A DNA stretch of 64,000 nucleotides from Callorhinchus milii (lineage: Eukaryota), in the NCBI RefSeq assembly GCF_018977255.1, contig NW_024704757.1, positions 11,842,001-11,906,000 of the forward strand, written 5' to 3'. Position numbers and translations under genes: made by a program. Shown here one piece after another: positions 1 to 12,767 of this stretch (the stretch's first letter is position 1; each line of letters opens with the position of its first letter). The notes below the pieces were generated by a model, which worked only from the letters and a program-made list of their open reading frames with translations, was not told where the DNA came from and ran no database searches.

Positions 1-224
1 CTTTTCTCAACTGTTAAAAAAATATCAATTATTTAACTGAAAACATAAAATATCTATTTGCATATTTCCGGTCTGGGATTTGGCAATGCTACTTCCGTGT
101 AATTTGGGGCTTTGTGAGCTGACAAGTGACCACACTGAACTAACTGAGAGACTAAACAAGAACCAGTGAAAAAACACAAAAGAAATATCACCTTCTTTGA
201 AGCATAAATGTTACCGTTACTCAC

Positions 225-293
225 CTGCCCTGCAATGGACCTGGAATATCCTTCCTGGCATATCTCATTTTCTCCTTTTCTTCATCCATTTCC
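225..293 (-). CDS. PDXDC1: PDXDC1 coding exon 3 (69 nt)
   Basis: caatcag|G GAA ATG...CAG GGC AG|gtgagt; EMDEEKEKMRYARKDIPGPLQG. Confidence 0.92.
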
Positions 294-3200
294 CTGATTG
301 GAAAATTTTAAATCACAGACAAAACAATTTTTACTCACTTTCTTCAGCAGAACAATTGCAATATTTACCATATACTGTAGAGCTAGTTAATTATATAGAC
401 GGTCATGTAGACAATTTTACAAAAATCAGTTTCAAACGGTACCTCTGACTGCATGTTTCAATGTAAGCTAATAGTTTTGCCTAGAGCTTACATTTGTTCG
501 GATTTGTTCTGTGTAAAAAGCAATTATCAAAGATGATAGTGAATCCATTAAAAGCATTACTCCGTTATTATTTTGCTAAAATGATTATTAAACGTTTTCT
601 TAATCACTGAAATATTCCATAATTGGAAAGCGCAGAGAGACCTTCTCCAGCAGTCAGCCTGTGCCACAGCTGCTTAATTCTTCCATGATGACCACTGAAC
701 TCTAGAATGTGTGATTTCTTCTGAGTTTAATTAAAGCAAATAAAAAGGTACAGTGGATGCCCTCTCATATATGCAAGAGGAAATCACTTGTGATGCTTGG
801 TAAAAATCCAAAGCACAGCTTTCAAGTTATGAAGGTGACATTATGACTGAAACATAGGTGAATGGTTTCCATGGATGTTTCAGGGAACACTTTTCCTGAG
901 GGGAGATGTGTTCTCTGAAACTTTCTGATTAAGCAATAAGTAAGTTATGGACCAGGCCTGTTTGCTGCACGAATTACCCTACACATCTTCAAGTAAAGCA
1001 TAGAAAACAGGTTCAGTTTTTTTGTTTTTTAAAGCTTAGAATTAATTTTAACAAAACCTTTGATTGTTTTCCAATATCTTCATTGCTTCATTGAGATTCT
1101 TCCCCATCTCAGCTAAAGTGGGATCCACCATCACCTGCCGGGCACAAAATGACAACAAATCTGAATATTGTAAGCCACACATGATCATTGCTAATGAATA
1201 TTTCACCACTGTGCTACCTTGGTAGTATTACTGCTATAAAAGCAAGCAAAAAGTTGCCATCAGCGCTACTCCTGCAAGTGTCTCAAAAAAGATAAAAGTT
1301 CTATAGGTAGGTCAAACCAAAGCAGCAGGCAACATCATTAAAATAAAACTGTTCATTTGCAGATAAACTAGAATGAACCATTTCTGAATGGTGAATCCTG
1401 CAATTGAAATTAAAATGGGAAATTAAAGCAATTCTAAGAGAGCCAGTAAATAGCCAGAGAGCCATAAAACACAAACTGGACACTTTATTGTACTTGAGGT
1501 TCATCCGCATACAAACTGTTAATATAACCAGATCATACTGTATATGAGGTCATGTGTTTTTAAAATTATGTGTTCATTCTTCCTAACCATAACATTAGAT
1601 TATTTTTTAAAAAAAGGTATCTACAGCATTGTGAATAGTTACTCCATTTTAATGAATTGATCCCTTACTTTGCAAATAATGTCAACAGATCAGTTGGGTG
1701 GAAAGAACGTTAGAACTTTTACAATCTAAAAGATATTTAGAAACTCTACCCGAAAAGGCAAATTACAATAAGCGAAGATAAACATGTTCTGGAGCAAAAA
1801 AAAAGAGAAATCAAAAATCACTCAGTAACCCAAATTCAGCCTATATTTGGCTTTCAAATTCTATTACTACCGACAGTCGTATTTTGTGAAAGACTGTCCC
1901 CGTTCATCTGCATTTCCCTTGCAAATCTGTCATATGTTAAATATTTACTTTTCAACTGATGCCGGCATATATACTGTTCAAACGTTTGTTGCAGCTCCCT
2001 CCCTTCTAAAATTTTTGGTGTAAGCATGAAACCAATCGGCTCTGCTGGAGAAACGTTTGCTGCTTTTATTGCCACAAGTTTACTGTGTCATGGCGAATAC
2101 TGCACTTCAAAAAAGGTTCCGTCATCTCCATCTTGCAATTGAAGCAAACTTTAAATGTCACTTCCAAAAAAAAATGTTTTCAAAAGAGAGAACAGAAGTG
2201 ATGGATTGGAAAATTAAGCGCTGACAATAATACTGTGAAGCGCCTACTGTTTCCTAGATTTCTATTTTTTCTATAGTTTTGCTTGCATTGTACGATTGCT
2301 CTGCAGTTTTATGTGGATTTTATTTACATATGGTAGGAAAGTATGAGCCCGTATAATACTGATAACAAATCAATTAACAGGTCTGGCATATGTGAAATAG
2401 ATTCTGATCCATATAATAGTATTTGCATTTCTTTTGATATGCAGCTTCCTGCTATCACTAAACAGCCAGGAGAGGTAGTATAACCATAACAGCAAAGCAG
2501 AGAGGGAAACCAAATCCAAGTCCCAATAGCCTCATATCATCCGAATATCAAAATGTTTTGTACATGGAAGCTGAGTAACTACCGTTTTAGTTTTGTAATA
2601 AGGATTTATTTCTGTGCGATAGTCTGATTTGAGTATACGAAAACAGATGCAATTTATTTTAAATTGTTTCACATATTGTGGTTCCCTAAAAAAACAAAGT
2701 CGTAAAAATATATATCTTGCGCAACTTAATTCTTAACATCTTCAAGTGCATTCACTGTCACACTAAACCCTTTTAGCTAAACTGTGCACTGTAGCTAAAT
2801 CAACTGATGAATTAACAGAGTAACAACAGTGGAACAATTAAATTAGGTTACGCATATTGAATGTCTTTATGGGCGTTATTTAAACAACATTATAAAGAAA
2901 TGTATTGGTTATTAATACATCAAGATAAGACAACTTCATTGTTTACAAACCTGTCGGACTTGAAAAACAACCCGTCTACTGAAACTGGATTTAATGGAAA
3001 TTGCTGTAAATACTGAAGTGAAAATGTACTTATGGCCTCAGGTAACTCTTGTCTAAACTACAGGACTCTTGGGAGTCCTGTAGCTCAGTGGTTAAAGAGC
3101 ACTCGCCTCAGAAGCGAGAGACCTGGGTTTGATTCCCGTTAGGGCGAAATGTTCGGCAAGTTTCCTTACTCCACACGCCTCTGTTTACCTAGCAGTAAGT

Positions 3201-6200
3201 AGGAACCCGGTTGTTAGTCGATTGGTGGATCGCTTTTCCGGGGATAATAATCCTTAAAAAAAGAATAATTTGTTCACTCAATCCATGACTGTTTGTGGGA
3301 CACTGCTTTGCACAATTGGCTGCCGTGTTTCGCCCACAAATATAGAGTCAATTCACTTTACAGTATATTCTGTGAAACGCTTTGAGACGTCTAGAAGACA
3401 TGAAAAGCGTTATAACAAATTCAAGGATTATTATTATTATTACAGTCGTTAGTGGAACTTTAAAAGACTCCCATTCAAGATTACAACATTGGACACTAGC
3501 AATTGCACAAAATAACAGAGTCAGCAAGCCAAAGCAGACTCTTTAACAGTCTTTCACAATCAGAATATTTTGGATTAAATTATTCAAGTACGCAGTAAAA
3601 CATTTCGACTGTAAGCTACAGTTTCAAAGTGAGTTGGGATCAACTGAGGACATTGTAAGACACTAACATATAATGGGTTATTAACCATATTGTACATTAT
3701 CGAATGACGGTGACATGCTCTCTGATGCTTGCCAACTGTATACCGTGTGAACCAGGCCAGCAACCGTTTGAAAACTGGAAAGTTTAAAAAAAGCTAGTCA
3801 ACTTGCATTGAGTAAATGTTTCAACAGACAGTAATTAATTTCAAAATACATTTTTGCTCGCTGCAAGACTATCCAGCTCACTCCATCTTCAGAGGTGCCT
3901 CACTACTGGAAATTAAGATTATTATCAAGATTATTGTTACAACGCTAGCCTACATTTCTAAATAAGTGGCTTTCTAAAATGTATTATAATCAGTGTCTAT
4001 CTGGTAAGGAATGACTGGAGTCAGGGTAATTTACTGTCAGTATTACAGTTAACAAAAAACCTACACAAAGAAGTGGATTTGCCTTATAGTTTTAAGCAGC
4101 TAAACAGTAGAGCCAGAACTTTTTTTAAAAAGGATCCTTGGAAATATATGTTCAGAGCTGACTTTTTAAATCTTCGTTCCTGTTAACGGGCTCTTCAAAA
4201 TAGCAGAAAATCTTCTGGGGGAAGGATGGTTCCATGCTTGTTTTAGTCCAAGTTCAAATAATAATAATAATCTTTGCATTTTGATATAGTGCTTTTCACG
4301 TCGGGAGGACGTCCCAAAGCGCTTCACAGAACACACTGTAAAGTGAATTGACTGTATATTTGTGGGCGAACGCGGCAGCCAATTGCGCACAGCAATGTCC
4401 CACAAATGACCAATTTTATTATTGTTTTTGGTTTTGGAGGGATTATTATTCAGCCCCAAATCAAAAGATTTAATACTTTCTCCCACAACCTGCACAGTAC
4501 AGCAGCGCAAAATGAATAGTCACTGTCCATTATTCCGCAGTGTATGAAACTGATCGTGACAGACCGATGGCCTTGCAGAATTGAGGGCACCAAACAGATC
4601 AAATTACAAGCTCTAAGGTAAACTGGGAACAGTACAGGCAGCCATCCGCATTCTTCCAAGAATCAACTTTGTTTTATTGTGCTGAAACCAGGACTTCAAA
4701 TTAGCTAATAAGGATGTCAACCAAACGTTCATTACAGCAATCGACATTTTGGAAGTCGTGTGGTTAAACAAACAGCATCGTATCAACGTTTGTTAAAAAA
4801 ACGTTAATACAATGCTTTTTTTTGATAAACGTTGATACAATGCGTTAGTTGATACAGCGCCTTGGGACGTCCATCTGACATGAACAACAACAAGATTACA
4901 TTTGTTTAGCGCCTTTCATCTATACAAATGTAATTTTCTTCTTGTTGTTTGTGGGGAAAACGTTATAACTTGAGTGAGTGGAAGCTTGCCTTCAGATTGC
5001 ACAATTTAATCTTATCAGGTGTAAACATAATCCATATTAATGGTACAAGCTAAAAATTTGCAGATTTTATTCAGGTAACTATCTTTGTGAAGGTATACCG
5101 AACCCCTCGAATTTACAGTTTAATAAAAAGAAGGAATTACACTGGATCTAATATAATAATAATAATGGATCTAATATGTTTATGTTACATGCAGTGCAAT
5201 GCAGTAAACTTTTTTTGGAGCTTCTCAGAATCGGGATTGTTAGAATTCAGAATTGTATACTCAGTTTTGATATTTTTAAAAACAGTTACTGGAAAATCTT
5301 CAGGAATGAAGATTAATAGTGCTGTTGCAGTGCGTCAACAAAGGCAATAATTGGAACATAATCTTTGAAACTATTTTTTTAAAAACGAATGTTGTCATTA
5401 AGAATATTTGAGGTATCAATGCACTACAGGAAACAAAAATTACACTTGGGCCAATTTGCTTAAATCAACAGATCAATATGTTTTGCCGACAAACCTCTAA
5501 ATCCCACCCAAAAGTACAGCAGAATGTACAACATACCTATAACCAGTCGTTCACCCCTGTGTTAAATACCTTAACATGGTTAATTCAGACAATCCTCTTA
5601 GTAAAAACCTATAAGTTTTCACAATTCAAGGGGACACTTTGTACGAAAACCCTCGTTCTTTACTAATATCCTGGAGTAGTCACCTGAACCGGACATTTTC
5701 CACCATTGTTCTTTGTTGAATTCTAAGGTACAACAGAGTCAACATTAGAACACACCCAGAGGCCTCAGAGTTAAAACTAATCCAAGATCACCAACAGATG
5801 CAGACTATTCAGACAGAACAGCAATCAATGAGGTGTGTAATATGAGCTCAGTGGGTAAGCACTTAAGTCAGAGGTTATGGGTAATAATCCTTTCAAAAAA
5901 AAATGAGAATTTTGTCACACCCGACCCACGACTGTTTGTGGGACACTCCTGCGCGCAATTGGCTGCCTCGTTTCGCCCACAAAATATACAGTATATTCTG
6001 TGAAACGCTGTGAGATGTCTCGAAGACGTGATAAGGCACTTTTTCAAATGCAAGGGCCATTATTATTATTGTGATTATTATCATGATAACAAACCAAACA
6101 TTGGGACTTGAGCTCACAGTCTGGCACTCCAGTGGAGTAATAGGTGAGGGCTGCACCGTCACAGGTGCTGTGCTGTCTTTCGGATACGATATCAAACTGC

Positions 6201-9200
6201 CTGCTTAGGTGCATGTTAAAGATTCCGCTGATATTATTCAAAAAGAGAAGAAAGTTTCTTACGATGTCCTGGCCAAACATCTCCCACATAAGTTAGTCCT
6301 TCAGTTCATTGGACATCTATTTTTGTCGACAAATTCAACAGCTATGTGCAAATAGCTGTTGAATTTGTCGACAAAAATAGGGAACTTGAGACATTTTAAC
6401 ATAGGCTGAATTGAGTCCCTGTGATCTAATTCGAATGTGCCCTGCCTGGATGTATTCAACAACTGTGACAATATTCTGCAATACGTGCCCATAAACAATA
6501 GAGGACTTTTCAGCTAAAGATAACTTTAGAGGAATCAAAACACCTGTGCATCAAAAATGCATTGATTATTTGATAGCCTAAAGTAGGGGAAGTGAGATCC
6601 CTTATAACAAACGGAGCAGAAGCAAACTGTTTTTGAAGGGGGAAAAAAAAAGCAATTTAAAAATATAAAATTAAAAATAAGTCCTAAGGCAAGTTCTGGA
6701 GAAGGACATTTAAAACAGTCAAACCAGACCATTTAGCTATATTGATAGCACAGTTAGCACAGACAGATTTTTAAAAGCAGTAGAGAAAGCTTAGGTTTGT
6801 GAACATCACATTGAGAAGACAGACCCCCTCCCCTCGGGACTAGAACTTTGCACAACAGTGACTGTTATTGAAAATTGATGACTTTTGTCAGGTAACAGCT
6901 CTGCTCTCAAAATGGGTTGGAACCTGAGTTTCAGGTCGAGCACCAGTTCATTTAGAAATAGTGAAACTCTAAAATGTCCAAAAGAAATACAAACAAAAAA
7001 TATTATTGTGGCTGTTTTTCAAAATTACTCACGGTCTTGCGATTTTCTTTTCTGGCAAGTACTGCAAGACACCTGCTAACCTCGAGCCTCCCTAATCATA
7101 GCACTAACTATTGAAGGCCAATGGGGAAATCATCCTGTACATGAATCAAAGTGTGCCGCTAACACAGTATACCAGTTTCTCTAAGTGGCATGTTGCTCAA
7201 TTAAGTGTATATCACACAATCGGTCCCAGGACTACACCAATGGAGGTGACATTTTATATGCATGAGGTCATAATTACCAGATGGAAGAGCAGAATAATTT
7301 TCCTTTCAGTTCCACAGTCGCCACATTAACTCAATTCAAATTCCCTTCCTCCTTTCTTACAGAATATCTCATATGCAATTCAAATGCAATTCAGTGAAGT
7401 GCAATGCCTGTAAAACATTTTCGCTTCACAACCACTTTTTCCCCCAATATAGAAATTCAAAATAAGTGTTCTTCAAATTGACTGATCACTGAATTAATAT
7501 AAGATGCATACTTAACAGACCTGCTGTACAGACCCGAAACAGTAAGGCTCGTGTTATGATTCTACAGTGGCAAAGGCTAATTTGAACACAGATACACTTT
7601 TTGGAAATATCAAGTGTTCAGTTTTCAAAGTGCATATCAGATGCTCAATGACAACCTGAACATTTTGAATGGTCACAGAGCAATGGAATTAAACCACCAT
7701 TCCATTACAAGGTGACACAACCTGAAAATCAATAGTGACAATTAGAACTAAAGTCAGGAAGCTTCTTCGCATCGAGGGTTGTGAAAATGCGAAATCATCA
7801 GAGATGTTTCAAAGAGGCAGATATTTAGATAGCAGAAGGTGTACGACAAAAGGATGCACATTGGAATTAACAAAAATCAGACACCATCTAACATTTATTG
7901 GTGGAACAGACTCAATGGTCTTCTGTAATCATATGTTCTACATTTGTAACAATTATGTTGAATCACCATAGGAATCATTCTCCTTTACCCAACATTATCC
8001 AAAGGCACAATGTTTTCATTAAAAACAATAAACATAATACAGCTAGCAGTTAAAGACCCCACTGCAGACTGTGTTTAATGTTTTTGTTCATTTCAACAAC
8101 TCAATCACTTGTACATTACAAAATTACTTCTCTTATAGCAATCTAGTAAACATTTTTTTTCCTGTTACCATCTTGTCTTGAAACAAACACAAGTAATGTG
8201 CAGCACTCCAATCTGACGTCAAGATAAGTGTCAAACAAAGCACTGTGACCTCAATCAATCAATAATATGTTTTAAGAGGACAAGGATCTCTTCATCATAC
8301 ACAATGAATTTGTATGTATACTGTACCATCCATTACAGTCATCAGATTATACCCAAAGCTGCAAATCCTTCAAACAACACAATACTCCTTCAGTGAGCAT
8401 CTCCCAGTATATTGCCCAACAATCCTGAGATAAAACCGGTCATTCACATCTTGGCTGTTTTGGGGACATTGTAGTGCACAAATTGGTTGTTGTATTCAAA
8501 ATAAATAACCTTTACATTTGATGTAGCACTTTTCATGCCAGAATGTTTCCAAGCCCTTCGCAGGATATACTGTGAAGTGTAAAGTTTAATGATCAGGTAT
8601 CTCACCTACAAATAATAATCCTTGCATTCGATACAGCACCTTATCACATTGAGAGGTCTCAAAAGCATTTCACAGGATAAACTGTAAAGTGAATTGCCTG
8701 TGTTTTGTGGGCAAAATGCACCGCAATTACACTTTGCAGTTAGATCTTGTGAAGCACTTTGAGACATTTCGATAGAGGGCTAGACATTGTGATAAGAGTG
8801 CTAGATCAACCGCAGGGATTAATAATATTACAGTGATACAGACTGCCTCACCTTAAAGCACAGGAGAGATACACTAAATACATTCCATTGAAAACAGGTA
8901 TGTTAAGCATGCGTATAGGTCTTGAAGCCAGAAATGAGCTGTGTTTTTTTTCCCCCTTCTCTCTCTACCCAACTAATCGAATGACACCGAAGATTTAGGA
9001 GGGGTGGAGGGAGAGGGGGTGGAGGGGAGTGGAGGAGAAAGGGGGGGGGGTGGGGGGTTTGGGTGTGGGAGGGTCGCCGAAGGCACGATCAAAGAGAAAG
9101 GTCTTTAGACGAGACTTGAAAAGAGGCAAGACAGGGGAGGGGGTGAGGCTGAGGGATTGCGGGATAGAGTTTCAGTGTGGGGGGGGGGGGGGGAGTGGGG

Positions 9201-9367
9201 GTCAGAGATGCTGAATGTCTGACCACCAACGGTGCGGTGGGAAATGCCAATACAGAAATAAAAACCTAATTGGGCAAAAATGGAATCTCTGAGCCAAGTT
9301 TTACTGTCACCAAAGACCACAAATGATAAAAGTTCAGGGGGCGACGGGGGAGGGGGAAGGGGGGAGT

Positions 9368-9398
<31 letters not shown>

Positions 9399-9692
9399 GG
9401 TGGGGGGGAGGGTGCAGAGTGGGGGAGAATGGAGAGGGTGGGGGGGGGGGGGGACGAGTCACTATGGCTTTTACATAAAACATAATGGGGGGGGGGTCTG
9501 GTGACCTGACAGAATGACTGGGCTGTCACTGACCCCCACAGGGCCATGTGAAGGAGTCAGTTCATATGGGGGGGAGGAGGAGGGAGGGAGTGGGGGGGGG
9601 GAAGGTGGGGAGGGAAGGCCTGAGCCCCGCGCTCGCCCTGTCCTGTCGTCTTCGACCCCCCCACGCACCTTCTGGCTGGAGCCGCTGTCCAT
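225..9692 (-). CDS. PDXDC1: PDXDC1 (pyridoxal-dependent decarboxylase domain-containing 1), 5' part only; coding exons 9669-9692, 1058-1134, 225-293; gene continues left of the window
   Basis: Spliced translation MDSGSSQK|VMVDPTLAEMGKNLNEAMKILENNQR|EMDEEKEKMRYARKDIPGPLQG matches the recalled vertebrate PDXDC1 N-terminus (DPTLAEMGKNL, DIPGPLQGS); GT-AG boundaries in phase; synteny with MPV17L/BMERB1/MARF1. Confidence 0.93.
1058..1134 (-). CDS. PDXDC1: PDXDC1 coding exon 2 (77 nt)
   Basis: cggcag|GTG ATG GTG GAT CCC...CAA AG|gttttg; VMVDPTLAEMGKNLNEAMKILENNQ; weak donor. Confidence 0.92.
3071..3441 (+). mobile_element. Full-length tRNA-derived SINE with Deu-like domain, L2-type 3' end and (TAT)n tail
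   Basis: A box tagctcagtgg, B box ggtttgattcc, Deu-like ctgtttgtgggacactgct...aattggctgcc, tail tgtgaaacgctttgagacgtc...ggattattattat; many copies in the window. Confidence 0.88.
4258..4450 (-). mobile_element. SINE 3' half (short subfamily with an L2-like tail)
   Basis: Reverse complement is very close to the 3' part of the 43223-43541 copy. Confidence 0.8.
5881..6072 (+). mobile_element. SINE 3' half, inserted into an older Deu-SINE remnant (~5845-6295)
   Basis: Same body and tail; flanks resemble an older SacSINE/AmnSINE-like sequence. Confidence 0.7.
6317..6380. repeat. 64-bp near-perfect palindrome
   Basis: 29-bp exact arms ctatttttgtcgacaaattcaacagctat / atagctgttgaatttgtcgacaaaaatag around gtgcaa. 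Confidence 0.95.
9669..9692 (-). CDS. PDXDC1: PDXDC1 first coding exon (MDSGSSQK)
   Basis: gcagccATGG Kozak context, AAG|gtgcgt donor, inside the CpG island, phase 0 fits exon 2. Confidence 0.82.
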
Positions 9693-9716
9693 GGCTGCTC
9701 GGGCGGGTTGTGTGTG

Positions 9717-9747
<31 letters not shown>

Positions 9748-9984
9748 GTGCGTGTGGACGGAGGCCCTGTTTGCGGGTCAGGACAGGAGTGTGAGGAGGG
9801 GGAGCGGAAGGCGGGTGTGTGTCTGTGGGTGGGGGGGAGGGGGTGGGCCGCCGCCGCCGCCGCTGCTGCTGCTCCTCACTGCCGAGGCCTCCCTCCCGCC
9901 TCCGCTTCCGCCGCCATCACCGCTCGCTCCACGTTGGCAGCTGACGTTACCACCCGCGCCGCCCCGCCCCCTCACGGCGGGCCG

Positions 9985-10230
9985 GCTCCGCGCGTGCGCA
10001 CCGCCACACCGCCCCTCCCCCCGGGGAGAAGCTCCGCGCGTGCGCACCGCCCACACCGCCCCGGGAGAAGCTCCGCGCGTGCGCACCGCCCACACCGCCC
10101 GCCCCGGGAGAAGTTCCGCGCACGCGCACGGCCGTACCATCCGGAGACAGATCCGCGCGTGCGCACTTGCCACACCGCCCCACCCCCCCTCCCCCAGGGA
10201 GAAGCTCCGCGCATGCGCGCCGCCACACCT
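9985..10230. repeat. ~40-bp degenerate tandem repeat (gggagaagctccgcgcgtgcgcaccgcccacaccgccc), ~6 units, each with an NRF1-consensus 12-mer
   Basis: Cores at 9989, 10035, 10074, 10117, 10154, 10208. Confidence 0.85.
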
Positions 10231-10984
10231 GCCCTGAGCCGGCACTGTCATGTCAACCACCAGCTGCCGCCACCAGGTGTGTCAGACACCTGGGCCTCGG
10301 GCGCCCCCTCCCCCCCCTCCACCCCACCCCACCCCCCCCCCGCCGGCCCCAATGGCGTCCACTCACCCGCCCGGGTTGACGATCACAATGATAGTCCTTC
10401 CTTGCGGAAACGGCCACTCAGCAGCGGGTCAGGCGGGGTGGGGCGGGGCAGGGCGGGGCCCCCCGGGGGGTGGGGGTAGGGGGTGGAGGGGTGGGGGTAG
10501 GGGGTGGAGGGGGGGGGGGGGGGGGAGAAGAGAGCGGAGTCAACGTTCTGGGGTCCACCGACGTCTTCGTCAGGACAGAACTTGGCCGGACCCCCGACTG
10601 CCGAAGGCCGGCGGACCCCGAAACGTTGACTCGCCCTCCTCTCTCCCACCCCCCTCCCCCCCCCCCCAGCGACGCCGCCTGACCCGCTGACCAGCGTTCC
10701 CAGCCGCGTCTTGTTTTTTTCTTTGGGATTTCGTTCCGGCGTCTGCGGTGTTGGGCGCTCTGTACATACCAATCCTTGCGTTTGATACAGCGTTAAGATA
10801 CACACAAGAACATAAGTGTTGGCTTGCGGCCAGAAGACCAAGGTCCGTCCAGTTTGTCTTCCATCCTCCTGGCAGCCGCTTGACATGTCCCGTCCCGTAC
10901 TGTACACCAGGTGTCCCCGAGATATTATTTTCTAGTTGGAATCTCTCTTAATTTGTTCTTGAAACAAATAACATTTTCTACTTC

Positions 10985-11357
10985 CACTGTCTCCCGAGGG
11001 TGACTTACCTGCCCGTACCCTCCGTTCTTCTGGCTCCGGTCTGCTCCACATCCCCCGCCCCAACCGTCCTACCATCGGTGGCCGGGCCTTCAGCCTCTCA
11101 GCCCCGAGGCTCTGGAACTCCATCCCCAGTGCCTTCGCCGCTTCCTACCTTTCCTCCTTCAAGGCCGGTCTCAAGACCTTTCTCTTCGACCGTGTCTTCA
11201 GCTCCCTTCTCGACTCCCTACCCCCTCCTCGCTCCCTCCCTTCCCTCCCCTCACCCTGACCATTTCCCCCCAATGCTCGGGTCCTGACCCAACTGTCCAG
11301 CGCCTTGGGACGTCCTCCCGACGTGAAAGACGCTCTATAAATGAAATCTTGTTGTCG
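10985..11357 (+). mobile_element. L2-clade LINE 3' fragment
   Basis: ORF2 C-terminal-like coding then ctgtccagcgccttgggacgtcctcccgacgtgaaa...ttgttgt tail. Confidence 0.85.
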
Positions 11358-12767
11358 AGGGAGCATATTCCGTACGTTTACTACTTGCTCACTGAAGTAG
11401 AAATAGAAAGAGTGTTATTATTCTGATGATTATTATTATTATTATCGTCAAGCAGTATTAAAATAAAAATATTTTAAAGAACTGATTGGCTTAATCCGTG
11501 AATTTACCACTCGCTCACTAAAATAGTGTTTCTACAGATTTGTTCTGAATTTATCCCACTTCATTCGAAGGTCGATAGTCTGTATCGTACTGAAATTTTT
11601 CTTTAAACCAACCTTCCTCTCTTTAATGTCACAGGAATACTCAAAACTGTGCATAGCGCTATCCCTCGTGAAGGGCGCTATATAAATGCAAGTTGTTGTT
11701 GCTTCGCATGGCTTAAGGACATTCCCATTAAGCCAATGATAACTTGCAGAGTTAGTAAAAAAAAGACAATCAGATGGCGCTACACGGTGCAAATTGGTAT
11801 ATTTGAGTAAATATACACACAGTCACTACAGGTGATTTCACAATCACAATCACTGCAGGTGATTTCACAATCACTACAGTTGATTTCTTTCCACTTTCAG
11901 GTAAAGTATTATGTACCGTATAACTTTTTTTTAACAATGCGGCCCATCAAGTGAACAGTGTTAACTTGAATGGCCCTTGTGGCCAGATGAGTTTGACACC
12001 TCTGCTGTTCCCAGTACTTGCTCATTCACACAAAAAAAAGTCTCTGTTTTTTCAAAAAAAATTTAAAGTGGTAATCGAGATTTAATTATTACAGTGAAGG
12101 TGTGGCTGGAATGAAACACGACCGAAATACAATACCAACACATCACAATGCGAGACTGTAATAACTAAACCTCAATTACAGCTTGTATAACATGCAATGT
12201 TTGCAAACCTTATTTGAAGGAGGGGGTGGGAAGATGTGGGAGGGGAGGGCGGGGTGGTGGGGGTCACAGAGCCTTGCGTCACAATTGTCCTGATGACTTG
12301 AGACAAAGGGATGCCAATGAACCGATGATAATGATTCAATTTCAAAGTGAGTTATGAATGTTTTACAACCAGAACGTACGTGAACACCTCTTTTGCGACA
12401 TTTCCGCAGAAAGATAAAGATAGCCGCCAATCCGCCCGCAGCTGATTGGGTGCCAAGCAAGCAATTTGGACTTCAAACTTTTGCCAATATAATGAGCTGG
12501 CGGAGGAAAATAACATTGGTGATCATGTCTGGCACTTATTAAATGACTCTGTTAATTGATTACTCAGGTGGTGAAGAACATTACAGTAACAATAACCCAG
12601 TCTCACAGGAACGAGCAAAGGAGCGAACAACCCAACTTTTGGTGGATGTGCCAACACTGCACTGTGTTGTGTTTGGTGTGACAAGTTCACTCTGCTTTTA
12701 TAGACATCCTGTCTCTAAGATCCTGTGGGAGATCTTAGCTCCTACAAGTAGAGAGAGAGAGAGAGAG

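Larger units (their letters stand above)
9620..10760. promoter_or_regulatory. CpG island / promoter of PDXDC1, possibly shared with divergent MPV17L
   Basis: Sharp rise in GC and CpG; (GCC)n on the PDXDC1 leader; GC boxes (ccccgcccc near 9962, gggcgggg near 10441 and 10451); six NRF1-type sites. Confidence 0.85.

Noticed and set aside
3071-3145. tRNA genes at SINE heads (also near 29111, 43223, 57600)
   Set aside because: A and B boxes run straight into the SINE body; these are tRNA-derived heads, not tRNA genes
9985-10230. Repeat array as a CRISPR-like locus
   Set aside because: Eukaryotic promoter context, degenerate units without unique spacers, no cas genes
9514-10690. Long overlapping ORFs (321, 229, 160 and 146 aa) in the CpG island
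   Set aside because: Low-complexity Pro/Gly/Arg/Ala products expected from stop-poor GC-rich DNA; the only supported coding part is the 24-nt PDXDC1 exon on the minus strand
11935-12004. hAT-type terminal inverted repeat end (gagtttgacacctctg)
   Set aside because: Only one end seen, with no partner TIR or TSD; too weak to call
12543-12767. 75-aa N-terminal extension of MPV17L in the 235-aa ORF
   Set aside because: No family similarity; it crosses an acceptor-like site and a GA microsatellite; the 310-nt exon from ATG 12768 fits the known gene structure
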